Source: Minisyncoccia bacterium
GTDB taxonomy: Bacteria > Patescibacteriota > Minisyncoccia > Phycocordibacterales > UBA6065
Length of the DNA stretch: 64,000 nucleotides
Direction of reading: 5' to 3'
Assembly: GCA_044233485.1 (NCBI GenBank)
Contig: JBIIJY010000004.1
Location: forward strand, 16,022 to 80,021
The translations under genes and the position numbers were made by a program. Positions 1-8,900 of the stretch are shown piece after piece. Position 1 is the stretch's first letter, and each line of letters starts with the position of its first letter. The notes under the pieces are model-generated. The model ran no database searches. It had not been told where the DNA came from and saw only the letters and a list, made by a program, of their open reading frames with translations.

Positions 1-464
1 AGACTGTAGAGATCGTCGGTCTTGGTGATACAAAGACAACAACCGTTACTGGTGTTGAAATGTTCAACAAGCAGCTCGAACAGGGTCAGGCAGGTGACAA
101 CGCCGGCGTACTTCTCCGAGGTACAGCGAAGGAAGATGTTACTCGAGGTCAGGTTCTTGCAAAGACTGGTACAGTAAAGCCACATACAGAATTCGAGGCA
201 GAAGTCTATATCTTGAAGAAGGAAGAAGGAGGTCGTCATACACCATTCTTCACTGGATATAAGCCACAGTTCTACGTACGAACAACAGACGTTACTGGTG
301 AAGTAACTCTTGCTGCCGGAGTAGAGATGGTTATGCCTGGAGATACAGTTACGTTCAAAGTAAAGCTTGTTGCTCCGATTGCTATTGAAGACAAACAGCG
401 ATTTGCTATCCGAGAAGGAGGTAAGACTGTAGGTGCTGGTGTCGTAACAAAGATCGTTGCCTAA
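1..464 (+). CDS. tuf: Elongation factor Tu, C-terminal fragment (5'-truncated by window edge)
   Basis: The frame is open from position 1. The translation ends ...[14 protein letters not shown], matching EF-Tu domain 3. The S10 operon follows. Confidence 0.9.
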   Translation, partial: TVEIVGLGDTKTTTVTGVEMFNKQLEQGQAGDNAGVLLRGTAKEDVTRGQVLAKTGTVKPHTEFEAEVYILKKEEGGRHTPFFTGYKPQFYVRTTDVTGEVTLAAGVEMVMPGDTVTFKVKLVAPIAIEDKQRFAIREGGKTVGAGVVTKIVA

Positions 465-466
465 AG

Positions 467-494
467 TTGACAATGTGCTTTAAAAATGTAGTAT
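467..494 (+). promoter_or_regulatory. Putative sigma70-type promoter upstream of rpsJ (TTGACA-N16-TG-TAGTAT)
   Basis: Read directly: ttgaca at 467-472 and tgtagtat at 487-494. It lies in the tuf-rpsJ spacer. Confidence 0.4.
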
Positions 495-563
495 GAACCG
501 CACGCAAATGTGTGTGACTTCTTACGAAGTCTCAAGTTCATGCGTACATTGCACACAAACAAT

Positions 564-911
564 ATGACTGCACCAAAGACAACTGTAAAAAAGAAAGAAG
601 CAACTGATGCTCTTCCAAAGATGCGTATTCGAGTTCGTGCCTATGAGCACAAGCTCTTGGATAGTTCAGTAAAGCAAATCATGGATACTGCTCTCCGTTT
701 CGACGCGAAAGTAGTCGGTCCAGTGCCTTTGCCAACTGAAATTCGAAAATATACCGTCAATCGTTCGTCATTCGTCTACAAGAATGCGCGAGAACAATTC
801 GAGCGACGAACTCATAAACGAGTTATCGACATTATTAATCCAAACGCAAAGATAATCGAAGCGCTTCGAAACCTCTCACTCCCTTCAGGAGTAAATATTG
901 AGGTTAAATAG
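564..911 (+). CDS. rpsJ: 30S ribosomal protein S10
   Basis: RIRVRAYEH...GPVPLPT...ERRTHKRVIDI aligns to the S10 family. The start could instead be GTG at 510 or ATG at 621. Confidence 0.85.
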   Translation: MTAPKTTVKKKEATDALPKMRIRVRAYEHKLLDSSVKQIMDTALRFDAKVVGPVPLPTEIRKYTVNRSSFVYKNAREQFERRTHKRVIDIINPNAKIIEALRNLSLPSGVNIEVK

Positions 912-956
912 TCTTTCGGGGTTGGTCCGCTATTGTGAATATTAAACTAAACATCT

Positions 957-1571
957 ATGAAATTCCTGCTCGCACTCAAGCAGGACATGTTGCAGGTATT
1001 CGATGACCGAGGAGCTGTCTCTCCGGTGACATCAGTACTTGCCGGTCCTGTGGTAGTTACACAAATCAAGACAAAATCAAAAGACGGATACGATGCGATC
1101 CAGGTCGCTTTCGGCGAGACTAAACAAGCTCGTGTTTCAAAGTCAGTACAAGGACATGCAAAAAATCTCGGAAACTTTCGATTCTTTCGTGAGATTCCAG
1201 CTACATCAGAACTAGTCGCTACTGTAAAAGTGGGTGACAAGCTTGATGCAGGAGTTTTTGCTAAAGGTGACAAAGTCACGGTCTCTGGTACTTCACGAGG
1301 AAAGGGTTTCCAAGGTGCGGTAAAGCGTCACGGCTTTGCGGGAGGTTCTCGAACTCACGGTCAGAAACACTCTGAGCGAGAAGTGGGATCTATCGGTGGT
1401 GGTCTACGTACTCGTGTTCCAAAAGGTATGCGAATGGCGGGACGTATGGGAGGTGATCGAGTAACAGTGAAGAATCTCACTATTATCGACGTCAATCCAG
1501 CAACAAACACCCTTCTTATTAAAGGTGCTCTTCCAGGAGTAAAAGGAAGCTTGCTCGAAGTAATCGCATAA
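957..1571 (+). CDS. rplC: 50S ribosomal protein L3
   Basis: GFQGAVKRHGF...GGSRTHGQ is the L3 signature region. It is in the conserved position after S10. Confidence 0.93.
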   Translation: MKFLLALKQDMLQVFDDRGAVSPVTSVLAGPVVVTQIKTKSKDGYDAIQVAFGETKQARVSKSVQGHAKNLGNFRFFREIPATSELVATVKVGDKLDAGVFAKGDKVTVSGTSRGKGFQGAVKRHGFAGGSRTHGQKHSEREVGSIGGGLRTRVPKGMRMAGRMGGDRVTVKNLTIIDVNPATNTLLIKGALPGVKGSLLEVIA

Positions 1572-1581
1572 ATATACATAT

Positions 1582-2244
1582 ATGAACGCACAAATTTACG
1601 ATATACGCGGCAAGGAAGCAGGAACAATCGCACTCGATCCAAAAGTGTGGGGTCTTAAATTCAATCGAGACCTTGTTCACCAGGTAGTCACAACAATTCT
1701 CACTGCTCGACGAACACCGGTCGCTCACACAAAGACTCGAGGTGAGGTACGTGGAGGTGGACGAAAGCCATGGAAGCAAAAGGGTACTGGTCAGGCACGT
1801 CACGGTTCACGACGATCTCCGATCTGGGTAGGTGGTGGTGTTGCACACGGTCCACGAAACGAAAAGAATTTCGATCGAAAAGTAAACAAGAAGGTTAAGG
1901 CGAAGGCGCTCTTTACTGTTCTTTCAAAGAAGCTTGCTGACGGTGAAGTACTCTTTGTTAACTCGCTCTCATTCAAAGAGCCAAAGACAAAAGAGGCTAA
2001 GGCAGTCCTTGCTCAGCTTTCGACGATCAAGGGTTTTGAAAAACTCTCTCTTAAGCGAAAGAACGCGGCATACCTTGCACTCGATACTCGAGACGCAAAC
2101 ACCTTCAAGAGTTTTGCTAACTTCAGTAATCTCATCGTAGACGAGGCTCGAAACATGAATATTGTTGATCTCTTGAACAAAAAGTTTGTAATCATTACAA
2201 ACCCAGAGGTCAGTCTTAAGGCGCTTTCTTCTAAAATTAATTAA
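1582..2244 (+). CDS. rplD: 50S ribosomal protein L4
   Basis: The RGGGRKPWKQKGTGQARHGS motif is typical of L4. Confidence 0.93.
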   Translation: MNAQIYDIRGKEAGTIALDPKVWGLKFNRDLVHQVVTTILTARRTPVAHTKTRGEVRGGGRKPWKQKGTGQARHGSRRSPIWVGGGVAHGPRNEKNFDRKVNKKVKAKALFTVLSKKLADGEVLFVNSLSFKEPKTKEAKAVLAQLSTIKGFEKLSLKRKNAAYLALDTRDANTFKSFANFSNLIVDEARNMNIVDLLNKKFVIITNPEVSLKALSSKIN

Positions 2245-2250
2245 ACTACC

Positions 2251-2640
2251 ATGGCATTATTTGGAATTGGAAAGAATAAAACAGAGAAGAAAGTTGCAAA
2301 AAAGACTACGAAGTCTACAAAGGCAACTCGTGTCACTTCAGCTGGCGCAGCAGTAAAGGGTACTGGGGTAGATACAACAATTATCCTTCGTCCACACGTT
2401 ACTGAGAAGGCTGGAATTGCTTCTGGAGCTGGGGTATACACCTTTGATGTAGCGGCTCGTGCAAACAAGCATTCAGTCGCACAGGCAGTTCGTAAGCTCT
2501 ACGGTGTCGAGGTGGTCAAAGTAGCGATCTCAAATCAGAGTGATAAGCCAACGACAGTAAAAGGTCGACCAGACTTCATCATTCGCGGTAAGAAGGCTAT
2601 GGTTACTCTCACAAAAGGTGCAACCATAAACTTCATCTAA
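2251..2640 (+). CDS. rplW: 50S ribosomal protein L23 (with Lys/Ala-rich N-terminal extension)
   Basis: The C-terminal ~90 aa match L23 (ILRPHVTEKA...KAMVTL). Gene order is conserved. Confidence 0.88.
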   Translation: MALFGIGKNKTEKKVAKKTTKSTKATRVTSAGAAVKGTGVDTTIILRPHVTEKAGIASGAGVYTFDVAARANKHSVAQAVRKLYGVEVVKVAISNQSDKPTTVKGRPDFIIRGKKAMVTLTKGATINFI

Positions 2641-2650
2641 CGATACGAAC

Positions 2651-3511
2651 ATGAAAACATTTAAACCAACTTCAAACGGCCGACGACAGATGTCAGTGAT
2701 TGACTTCAAAAAGTTCATCACAACACAAGAGCCATACAAGCCTCTTACCTACGGTCGTAAGCGAGATGTGGGACGAAACGCTTTCGGTCGTATCACCGTT
2801 CGACACAAGGGTACTGGACATAAGAAATTGTTCCGAGATGTTGATTTTTCATACAACAAGCGAAACATCGAGGCAACAGTAGAAACAGTTGAGTACGATC
2901 CAAACCGAACAGGGTTCATTGGTCTTATCTCATACCGAGATGGTGAGAAGCGATATACGCTTCTTCCAAAAGGAGTGACTGTTGGTGCAAAGCTCACTGT
3001 CAGTGCTGAGGCTCCGGTAGAAGTCGGAAACGCTCTTCCACTCAAGAAAATCCCTGTCGGTGCTTTCGTCTACAATATCGAGGTTAAGCCAAATGGTGGT
3101 GCAAAGATGGTTCGAAGTGCTGGCTCATTTGCGCAGGTGATCGCTCACGATGCTGGGTATACTCAGATCAAGATGCCTTCAACCGAAGTTCGAAAAGTTC
3201 ACTCAGAATGTTTCGCAACGATTGGTCAGGTATCAAACGATGAGAACCACTTGGTGGTCATTGGTAAAGCAGGACGAAGTCGATGGATGGGTATCCGTCC
3301 GACGGTTCGAGGTTCAGTTATGAACCCTGTGGATCACCCATATGGTGGTGGTGAACAGCGACAAGGTCGAGGTCTCCGACGAGCAAAGACTATGTGGGGT
3401 AAACCTTCAGGAAAGGGTCAAAAGACACGAACTCCGAAGAAATACTCAAACACTTCTATCGTCTCTCGACGAAAAGTGGGCAAGACTCGAGAAATCGCTT
3501 CTCAGTCATAA
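2651..3511 (+). CDS. rplB: 50S ribosomal protein L2
   Basis: GRNAFGRITVRHKGTGHKK and the C-terminal GGGEQRQGRG motif identify L2. Confidence 0.95.
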   Translation: MKTFKPTSNGRRQMSVIDFKKFITTQEPYKPLTYGRKRDVGRNAFGRITVRHKGTGHKKLFRDVDFSYNKRNIEATVETVEYDPNRTGFIGLISYRDGEKRYTLLPKGVTVGAKLTVSAEAPVEVGNALPLKKIPVGAFVYNIEVKPNGGAKMVRSAGSFAQVIAHDAGYTQIKMPSTEVRKVHSECFATIGQVSNDENHLVVIGKAGRSRWMGIRPTVRGSVMNPVDHPYGGGEQRQGRGLRRAKTMWGKPSGKGQKTRTPKKYSNTSIVSRRKVGKTREIASQS

Positions 3512-3514
3512 AAA

Positions 3515-3543
3515 CGAAAAAAACCGCCTCGGGCGGTTTTTTT
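3515..3543 (+). terminator. Rho-independent terminator after rplB
   Basis: An A-tract, then a ccgcc-tcg-ggcgg hairpin, then TTTTTTT. This is unusual inside an S10 operon. Confidence 0.65.
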
Positions 3544-3692
3544 GTGGTGGTGGGGTAAGACATCGCCGTGCTGCTGGACTAAATATTGACAAAACTTAGA
3601 AACAGTTGAACTTTCAGAGGGTGACCTGAAGACTGTTGGTGGGGGTTTTGAATCCGTGCAATATCTTCACCCCTTCCGCTAGGGGTGAGTCG

Positions 3693-3720
3693 TTGACACT
3701 GTCTTAAAATATGCTAGGAT
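3693..3720 (+). promoter_or_regulatory. Putative internal promoter for the rpsS sub-operon (TTGACA-N13-TGc-TAGGAT, extended -10)
   Basis: Read directly from the sequence. It sits about 40 nt upstream of the rpsS ATG. A 7-bp hairpin (tcacccc..ggggtga) lies just upstream. Confidence 0.45.
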
Positions 3721-3758
3721 ATCCCGTACGGCTCATTTGAGCTTATTTATTTTATTCC

Positions 3759-4097
3759 ATGTCACGGTCTCTAACAAAAGGTCCATACGTTGACCCACGA
3801 GTTCTAAAGAAAGTTGAAGGTAAAAAACCGATTGAAACCGGTGTTATTAAGACGTGGTCACGCTCATGTGTGATTGCTCCTGAAATGATCGGGTTCAAGT
3901 TTGGTGTACACAACGGCAAAGATTTCATCGAAGTATTGGTCGCAGAAGATATGGTTGGCCACAAACTCGGTGAATTCGCCCTCACTCGTAAGTTCACACG
4001 TCATGGAGGTAAGATGCAGCGAGAGCTCGATGCCAAGAAGAAGGAGGCAGAAATCGCAGCAGCTCAGACCGCTAAAGCAGCACCAGCTGGAAAATAA
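3759..4097 (+). CDS. rpsS: 30S ribosomal protein S19 (with Ala/Lys-rich C-terminal tail)
   Basis: [12 protein letters not shown]...[16 protein letters not shown] is the S19 core. Confidence 0.92.
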   Translation: MSRSLTKGPYVDPRVLKKVEGKKPIETGVIKTWSRSCVIAPEMIGFKFGVHNGKDFIEVLVAEDMVGHKLGEFALTRKFTRHGGKMQRELDAKKKEAEIAAAQTAKAAPAGK

Positions 4098-4106
4098 TCT
4101 CTCACC

Positions 4107-4469
4107 ATGGCAACCGCAACTCTTAAAAATTATCGTCAGTCACCACGAAAAGTACGCCTTGTCGCTACTCTCGTAAAAGGAAAGTCTGTCGCACGAGCGC
4201 AAGAAATACTCAAGTTTACTGATAAGCGAGCAGCTCCAGTTCTCTTGAAACTCCTCGCTTCAGCGGTTGCAAACGCAGGGGTATCTATTGAAAACCTTTT
4301 TATTAAGGATTTTCGTGTTGATGCAGGATTTGTGATGAAACGAATCATGCCTCGAGCGCGAGGTACTGCCTACGGCATCAAGAAACGAACTTCACATGTA
4401 TTTGTTGAGGTTGCTCCTCGACAAGTAGCGCTTGCGAAGACAAAGAAAGCTAATACTAAGAAGTCATAA
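4107..4469 (+). CDS. rplV: 50S ribosomal protein L22
   Basis: It has the L22 family pattern (RQSPRKVRLVA...AVANA). Confidence 0.9.
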   Translation: MATATLKNYRQSPRKVRLVATLVKGKSVARAQEILKFTDKRAAPVLLKLLASAVANAGVSIENLFIKDFRVDAGFVMKRIMPRARGTAYGIKKRTSHVFVEVAPRQVALAKTKKANTKKS

Positions 4470-4473
4470 TTTT

Positions 4474-5160
4474 ATGTCACACGTAGTACACCCATACGCT
4501 CATAGACTCGGAGTTCATCGCGATTGGAAATCACGATGGTTTGGTATCTCAGATGCTAAGTTTCGAGAATTTTTGAAGAGTGACATTATGCTCCGAGAGT
4601 TTCTTGCAAAGAAATTCCGAGGTCAGTACGTCGGTGCGCTTGAAATCGAGCGAAGTGAAAAGACTCTTCGAATCATTGTGAAGACTTCACGTCCTGGAGT
4701 GGTGATCGGTCGCTCAGGAGAGGGGGCAGACAAGCTTCGAAAGGATATCTTGAGTTTCATTGCAAAGCACAAACTCGCTAAGCATCAGGAGCTCAAAGTT
4801 GATGTAGAAGAGATTCGATCTCCAGAATCTTCAGCCGCAATCGTTGCTCAGATGGTTGCAGAAGGTCTTGAAAAGCGTCTCCCATATCGACGTGTGGCAA
4901 AGCAGATGATCGAGAAGGTTTCAGCAAACCGAGATGTGAAAGGAATTCGTATTTACCTTGGTGGTCGTCTTGGTGGTGCAGAAATGGCACGTATCGAGGA
5001 GCACAAGAAGGGTCGAATTCCACTTCAGACACTTCGAGCAGATGTTGACTTCGCTCGAGAGAAGGCACATATGACCTACGGTGATATCGGTATCAAGGTG
5101 TGGATCTATAAGGGTGAAGTTTTTGAAAAAGATACAAAAGCTCGCACACAAGCGAAATAA
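4474..5160 (+). CDS. rpsC: 30S ribosomal protein S3
   Basis: The start MSHVVHPYAHRLG resembles the S3 N-terminus and a KH domain follows. The ORF track begins at the TTG at 4432, but the ATG at 4474 fits S3 starts better. Confidence 0.9.
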   Translation: MSHVVHPYAHRLGVHRDWKSRWFGISDAKFREFLKSDIMLREFLAKKFRGQYVGALEIERSEKTLRIIVKTSRPGVVIGRSGEGADKLRKDILSFIAKHKLAKHQELKVDVEEIRSPESSAAIVAQMVAEGLEKRLPYRRVAKQMIEKVSANRDVKGIRIYLGGRLGGAEMARIEEHKKGRIPLQTLRADVDFAREKAHMTYGDIGIKVWIYKGEVFEKDTKARTQAK

Positions 5161-5174
5161 TTAATTAAACGAGT

Positions 5175-5609
5175 ATGTCAGTATTTATTCCAAAAAAAGT
5201 AAAGTACCGAAAGTGGCACACGATGCGAAAGAACCCAAAGAAGCTTGGGCTCGAAACACGTGGACACTATCTCTCATTCGGAGCATTTGGCCTCAAGGCT
5301 ACTGACTATGCCCGTGTTGAGTCGAATCAAATCGAAGCTGCACGAAAGGTGATTAGTCGTGAGGTAGGTAAGAACGGCAAGATCTGGATCCGAATCTTCC
5401 CTGATATGCCCTATACTGCAAAACCACCCGAGGTAAAGCTTGGTCGTGGAAAGGGTGACCTCCAAGGATACTGTACTCCAATCAAGCCTGGACGAATTTT
5501 GTTCGAGGTTGATGGTGTCACTGAAGCAGTCGCTCGTGAAGCTCTCCGAAAGGCAGGTACAAAACTTCCAACAACTACTGTTTTCGTTACTCGAGACTTG
5601 AAAATATAA
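5175..5609 (+). CDS. rplP: 50S ribosomal protein L16
   Basis: KYRKWHTMRKN...GRGKGD matches the L16/L10e family. Confidence 0.9.
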   Translation: MSVFIPKKVKYRKWHTMRKNPKKLGLETRGHYLSFGAFGLKATDYARVESNQIEAARKVISREVGKNGKIWIRIFPDMPYTAKPPEVKLGRGKGDLQGYCTPIKPGRILFEVDGVTEAVAREALRKAGTKLPTTTVFVTRDLKI

Positions 5610-5620
5610 GTACAACTACC

Positions 5621-5800
5621 ATGAAAGATTTTATAAACAAAACTCCACAGGAACTCACCGCCCTCATCACAGAAAAGAAAGCAGCTCTTCGAGAGTTTGC
5701 GTGGAATAAAATTGGTGGTAAGGTGAAAAATGTCTGGGAAGGAAAGACTCTTCGAAAAGACATTGCACGCCTCAGTACAATTCTTTCTTCAAAGAAGTAA
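5621..5800 (+). CDS. rpmC: 50S ribosomal protein L29 (59 aa, below the ORF-track size cutoff)
   Basis: Hand translation gives MKDFINKTPQELTALITEKKAALREFAWNKIGGKVKNVWEGKTLRKDIARLSTILSSKK. It sits in the conserved L16-L29-S17 slot. Confidence 0.8.
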   Translation: MKDFINKTPQELTALITEKKAALREFAWNKIGGKVKNVWEGKTLRKDIARLSTILSSKK

Positions 5801-5815
5801 TCTAATACAACGACG

Positions 5816-6070
5816 ATGTCAACAAAAACAAACACAATCAAAAAGTCAGGACACTCCCTCAAGGGTGAGGTTGTTTCTACTTCAATGAAAGACACGGTAG
5901 TTGTAAAAGTAAACCGTTTCGTTAAGCACGAAAAGTATAATAAGTACTATACAATCTCAAAGAAGTACAAAGCGCACGATGCGGGTAATACTGCAAAAGT
6001 GGGTGACAAGGTAGAAATTTTCCCTTGCGCTCCAGTTTCTAAAGATAAGCGATACTCTCTCGTAAAATAA
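5816..6070 (+). CDS. rpsQ: 30S ribosomal protein S17
   Basis: LKGEVVSTSMKDTVVVKV...KYYTISKKYKAHD matches S17. Confidence 0.9.
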   Translation: MSTKTNTIKKSGHSLKGEVVSTSMKDTVVVKVNRFVKHEKYNKYYTISKKYKAHDAGNTAKVGDKVEIFPCAPVSKDKRYSLVK

Positions 6071-6080
6071 CCTTACCACC

Positions 6081-6452
6081 ATGCTTCAACTACGCAGTAT
6101 TGTAAAAATCGCAGATAACTCAGGTGCCAAGATCGGTCGAGTGTTTAAAGTGCTCGGCAGTTCAAAGAAACGCTACGCTCAGCTCGGAGAAGTGGTGGTA
6201 TTGTCAGTACAAAAAGCAGAACCACGAAAAGCAGTGAAGAAGAAGGATGTTTATCATGCTGTGGTTGTACGACAGGTACGTTCATTCCGACGAAAGGACG
6301 GTTCATATATCCGCTTCGATGAAAACGCAGTAGTGCTTTTACAGAAAGGAAAGAAGGAGCCAGTTGGTGCTCGATTCTTTGGACCAATGCCACGTGAGCT
6401 TATGGAAAAAGGTTTCCAGGCTATCGCTTCTAAAGCACCAGAAATTGTGTAA
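6081..6452 (+). CDS. rplN: 50S ribosomal protein L14
   Basis: MLQLRSIVKIADNSGAK is the L14 N-terminal signature. Confidence 0.95.
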   Translation: MLQLRSIVKIADNSGAKIGRVFKVLGSSKKRYAQLGEVVVLSVQKAEPRKAVKKKDVYHAVVVRQVRSFRRKDGSYIRFDENAVVLLQKGKKEPVGARFFGPMPRELMEKGFQAIASKAPEIV

Positions 6453-6461
6453 TCTACTATC

Positions 6462-6677
6462 ATGATCAAAAAAGGAGACAATGTAATCGTATTGACTGGT
6501 AAAGATAAAGGAAAGAAAGGAGAGGTTCTCAAAGTCTTTCCTGCACTTGAACAGGTGCTCGTTGCTGGTGTTCGAACATTCAAGCGTCATGAGAAAGCAC
6601 GACGACAGAATGGTAAAGGACAGGTAGTTGAGAAAAATTTCCCTATCCACGTTTCAAACGTAAAACTCGCGAAATAG
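6462..6677 (+). CDS. rplX: 50S ribosomal protein L24
   Basis: It has a KOW motif (IKKGDNVIVLTGKDKGKKGEV). Confidence 0.9.
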   Translation: MIKKGDNVIVLTGKDKGKKGEVLKVFPALEQVLVAGVRTFKRHEKARRQNGKGQVVEKNFPIHVSNVKLAK

Positions 6678-6697
6678 TTTTGTATAACCATACAACC

Positions 6698-7234
6698 ATG
6701 ACAACCATTAAAGAAAAAGTTAAATCAGCCTTCACCACTCTCTCGAAAGAGCATGCGTTGACAAACGTAATGCAGGCGCCAAAGATCACGAAAGTGATTG
6801 TCACTTCAGGTACAGGTTCATTTAAGGACAAGAAGCGAAACCAGATCGTTGCGGAGCGACTCGCACGAATCACTGGTCAGAAGCCTTCAGCTAAGCTTGC
6901 AAAGAAGTCTATCGCTGGATTCAAGCTTCGTGAGAATGATCTCGTGGGTTACCAGGTAACTCTTCGAGGAGAGCGAATGTTTGATTTCCTTGAGAAGCTT
7001 GTTCACGTTGCATTTCCTCGTACTAAAGACTTCCGTGGTATTACTCCAGATGCAGTTGATGCGATGGGGAACTATTCTATCGGTGTTCGAGAAAACACTA
7101 TCTTCCCAGAATGTGCTGATGAAGATTTGAAAGATGTTTTCGGACTTGGAATCACAATCGTCACAACCTCAAAGGATAAAAAGCTCACTATTAGTTTCCT
7201 CAAGTATCTCGGCTTCCCATTTAAGAAAGCCTAA
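6698..7234 (+). CDS. rplE: 50S ribosomal protein L5
   Basis: KITKVIV..GTGS and the rest match the L5 family. The ATG at 6698 is preferred over the upstream TTG at 6680. Confidence 0.9.
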   Translation: MTTIKEKVKSAFTTLSKEHALTNVMQAPKITKVIVTSGTGSFKDKKRNQIVAERLARITGQKPSAKLAKKSIAGFKLRENDLVGYQVTLRGERMFDFLEKLVHVAFPRTKDFRGITPDAVDAMGNYSIGVRENTIFPECADEDLKDVFGLGITIVTTSKDKKLTISFLKYLGFPFKKA

Positions 7235-7248
7235 ATACACTCGAAAAA

Positions 7249-7270
7249 TGCGCCTGAGGGCGCTTTTTTC
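7249..7270 (+). terminator. Rho-independent terminator after rplE
   Basis: A gcgcc-tgag-ggcgc hairpin followed by TTTTTTC. Confidence 0.6.
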
Positions 7271-7312
7271 ATTTTAGTGTCAGAATACGACAGCAAACGA
7301 GGCCTCAATTCG

Positions 7313-7341
7313 TTGACTTTCATATAAAACCTTGCTAGAGT
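7313..7341 (+). promoter_or_regulatory. Putative internal promoter for the rpsN sub-operon (TTGACT-N14-TGc-TAGAGT)
   Basis: Read directly. It has the same TGC-TAGRRT extended -10 architecture as the site at 3693. Downstream (7350-7378) an aaagcttt-acag-aaagcttttttt hairpin lies in the leader. Confidence 0.45.
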
Positions 7342-7401
7342 GAGTGCCTAAAGCTTTACAGAAAGCTTTTTTATTTCAACACAAACTTCTTAATTCCACG
7401 T

Positions 7402-7587
7402 ATGGCAAAAACTTCGGTAGTAGCCCGCTCACAAAAAAAACCTAAATTTTCATCTCGTATCGTACGACGATGTTTTCGATGCGGACGAAAAAATGGATAT
7501 ATGCGAGACTTCGGACTCTGCCGTATTTGCTTCCGTGAAGCTGCGAATGACGGTCTCATTCCAGGTATTAAAAAGTCTTCGTGGTAA
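7402..7587 (+). CDS. rpsN: 30S ribosomal protein S14, zinc-binding (type Z, 61 aa)
   Basis: CFRCGRK...CRIC is the 4-Cys zinc ribbon typical of short-form S14. Confidence 0.9.
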   Translation: MAKTSVVARSQKKPKFSSRIVRRCFRCGRKNGYMRDFGLCRICFREAANDGLIPGIKKSSW

Positions 7588-7598
7588 TTAACCGGTCA

Positions 7599-7991
7599 AT
7601 GAAACCAGCGACAGATACTATCTCTGATCTCATCATCAGATTAAAAAACGCCAACAATGCGGGTAAGTCTGCCGTAACAATTCCAGCTTCTAGTTTGAAG
7701 CACGCTATTTGTAACGTGCTCAAAGCAGAAGGATTTGTTGGGGCAGTAAAAAAGCATGATACCTCACGAACACTCGAGGTCGAGCTTCTCTATACAGGAA
7801 AGCATCCTCGAATTCATGAAGTGTTTCGAATTTCGAAGCCTTCAAAGCGAGTGTATAGTAAATCAAGTAATCAGCGTCCGTACAAGAATGGATATGGTCG
7901 AGTCATTCTTTCAACTCCACAGGGCATTATGACAGGTGAAGCTGCCAAGAAAGCCAACGTCGGTGGAGAGCTTCTCTTTAAGATTTGGTAA
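7599..7991 (+). CDS. rpsH: 30S ribosomal protein S8
   Basis: TDTISDLIIRLKNAN...GEAAKKANVGGELL matches S8. Confidence 0.92.
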   Translation: MKPATDTISDLIIRLKNANNAGKSAVTIPASSLKHAICNVLKAEGFVGAVKKHDTSRTLEVELLYTGKHPRIHEVFRISKPSKRVYSKSSNQRPYKNGYGRVILSTPQGIMTGEAAKKANVGGELLFKIW

Positions 7992-8001
7992 TACAACTTC
8001 T

Positions 8002-8535
8002 ATGTCACGAATTGCAAAAAAACCAATAGTACTTCCAGCCAACACCGAGATTACTCTCGCGCAGGGCGTGCTCACTGTAAAGGGTCCACTTGGAACTCTC
8101 TCACGACCGATCGTTGCTGGAGTTGATGTGACTGTAACTGACGGTAAGGCTCAGGTGGCGGCATCTGCAAAGAGTGGTGCTATCTCAGCCCATGTTGGTA
8201 CAACTGTTGCTCACCTCAAGAACATGATCGCTGGAGTAAATAAAGCCTTTGAGAAGAGACTTATTATCGAAGGAATCGGCTTCAAAGCTGAAATAAAAGG
8301 TAATGAAGTAGTTCTTGCTCTCGGTTTTTCTCATCCGATCAAGCTCCCAATTCCAGCTGGTATCACCGCTGGTAATGACAAGACGGGTCTCCTTATCTCA
8401 GGAATGAACAAGGATGCTGTCGGTCAGTTCGCTTCATATATCCGCTCACTCAAAAAGCCAGAACCATATAAGGGTAAGGGTGTTCGATATGAAGGTGAAG
8501 TTATCAGACGTAAGCAGGGTAAGAAAGCTGCATAA
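8002..8535 (+). CDS. rplF: 50S ribosomal protein L6
   Basis: MSRIAKKPIVLPANTEITL...VKGPLG matches the L6 N-terminus. The ORF track starts further upstream, in frame with the S8 tail. Confidence 0.92.
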   Translation: MSRIAKKPIVLPANTEITLAQGVLTVKGPLGTLSRPIVAGVDVTVTDGKAQVAASAKSGAISAHVGTTVAHLKNMIAGVNKAFEKRLIIEGIGFKAEIKGNEVVLALGFSHPIKLPIPAGITAGNDKTGLLISGMNKDAVGQFASYIRSLKKPEPYKGKGVRYEGEVIRRKQGKKAA

Positions 8536-8547
8536 TAGTACACATAT

Positions 8548-8889
8548 ATGAACGTATCAAAACGACAACAAGTAGTACGACGACATGCACGAATCCGAGC
8601 GAAGGTAAAAGGAACGCTCGAGCGTCCACGTCTTGCAGTATTTCGATCAAATCGATACCTCTACGCCCAGATCATCAACGATGCAACATCAAAGACTTTG
8701 TGTGCATCTTCTTCACTCGAACTCGAACTTCCTCTCAAGGATGCAGCAGTAAAAGTCGGAGCTGATATTGCTCAAAAAGCAAAGAAAGCTGGTATTACGA
8801 AAGTAGTATTCGACCGAGGAGGATTTCTCTTTACTGGAAAGATAAAAGCTCTTGCTGAGTCAGCTCGAAGTGCTGGTCTAGAATTTTAA
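8548..8889 (+). CDS. rplR: 50S ribosomal protein L18
   Basis: PRLAVFRSNRYLYAQIIND is the L18 signature. Confidence 0.92.
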   Translation: MNVSKRQQVVRRHARIRAKVKGTLERPRLAVFRSNRYLYAQIINDATSKTLCASSSLELELPLKDAAVKVGADIAQKAKKAGITKVVFDRGGFLFTGKIKALAESARSAGLEF

Positions 8890-8900
8890 TTAGTAACACC

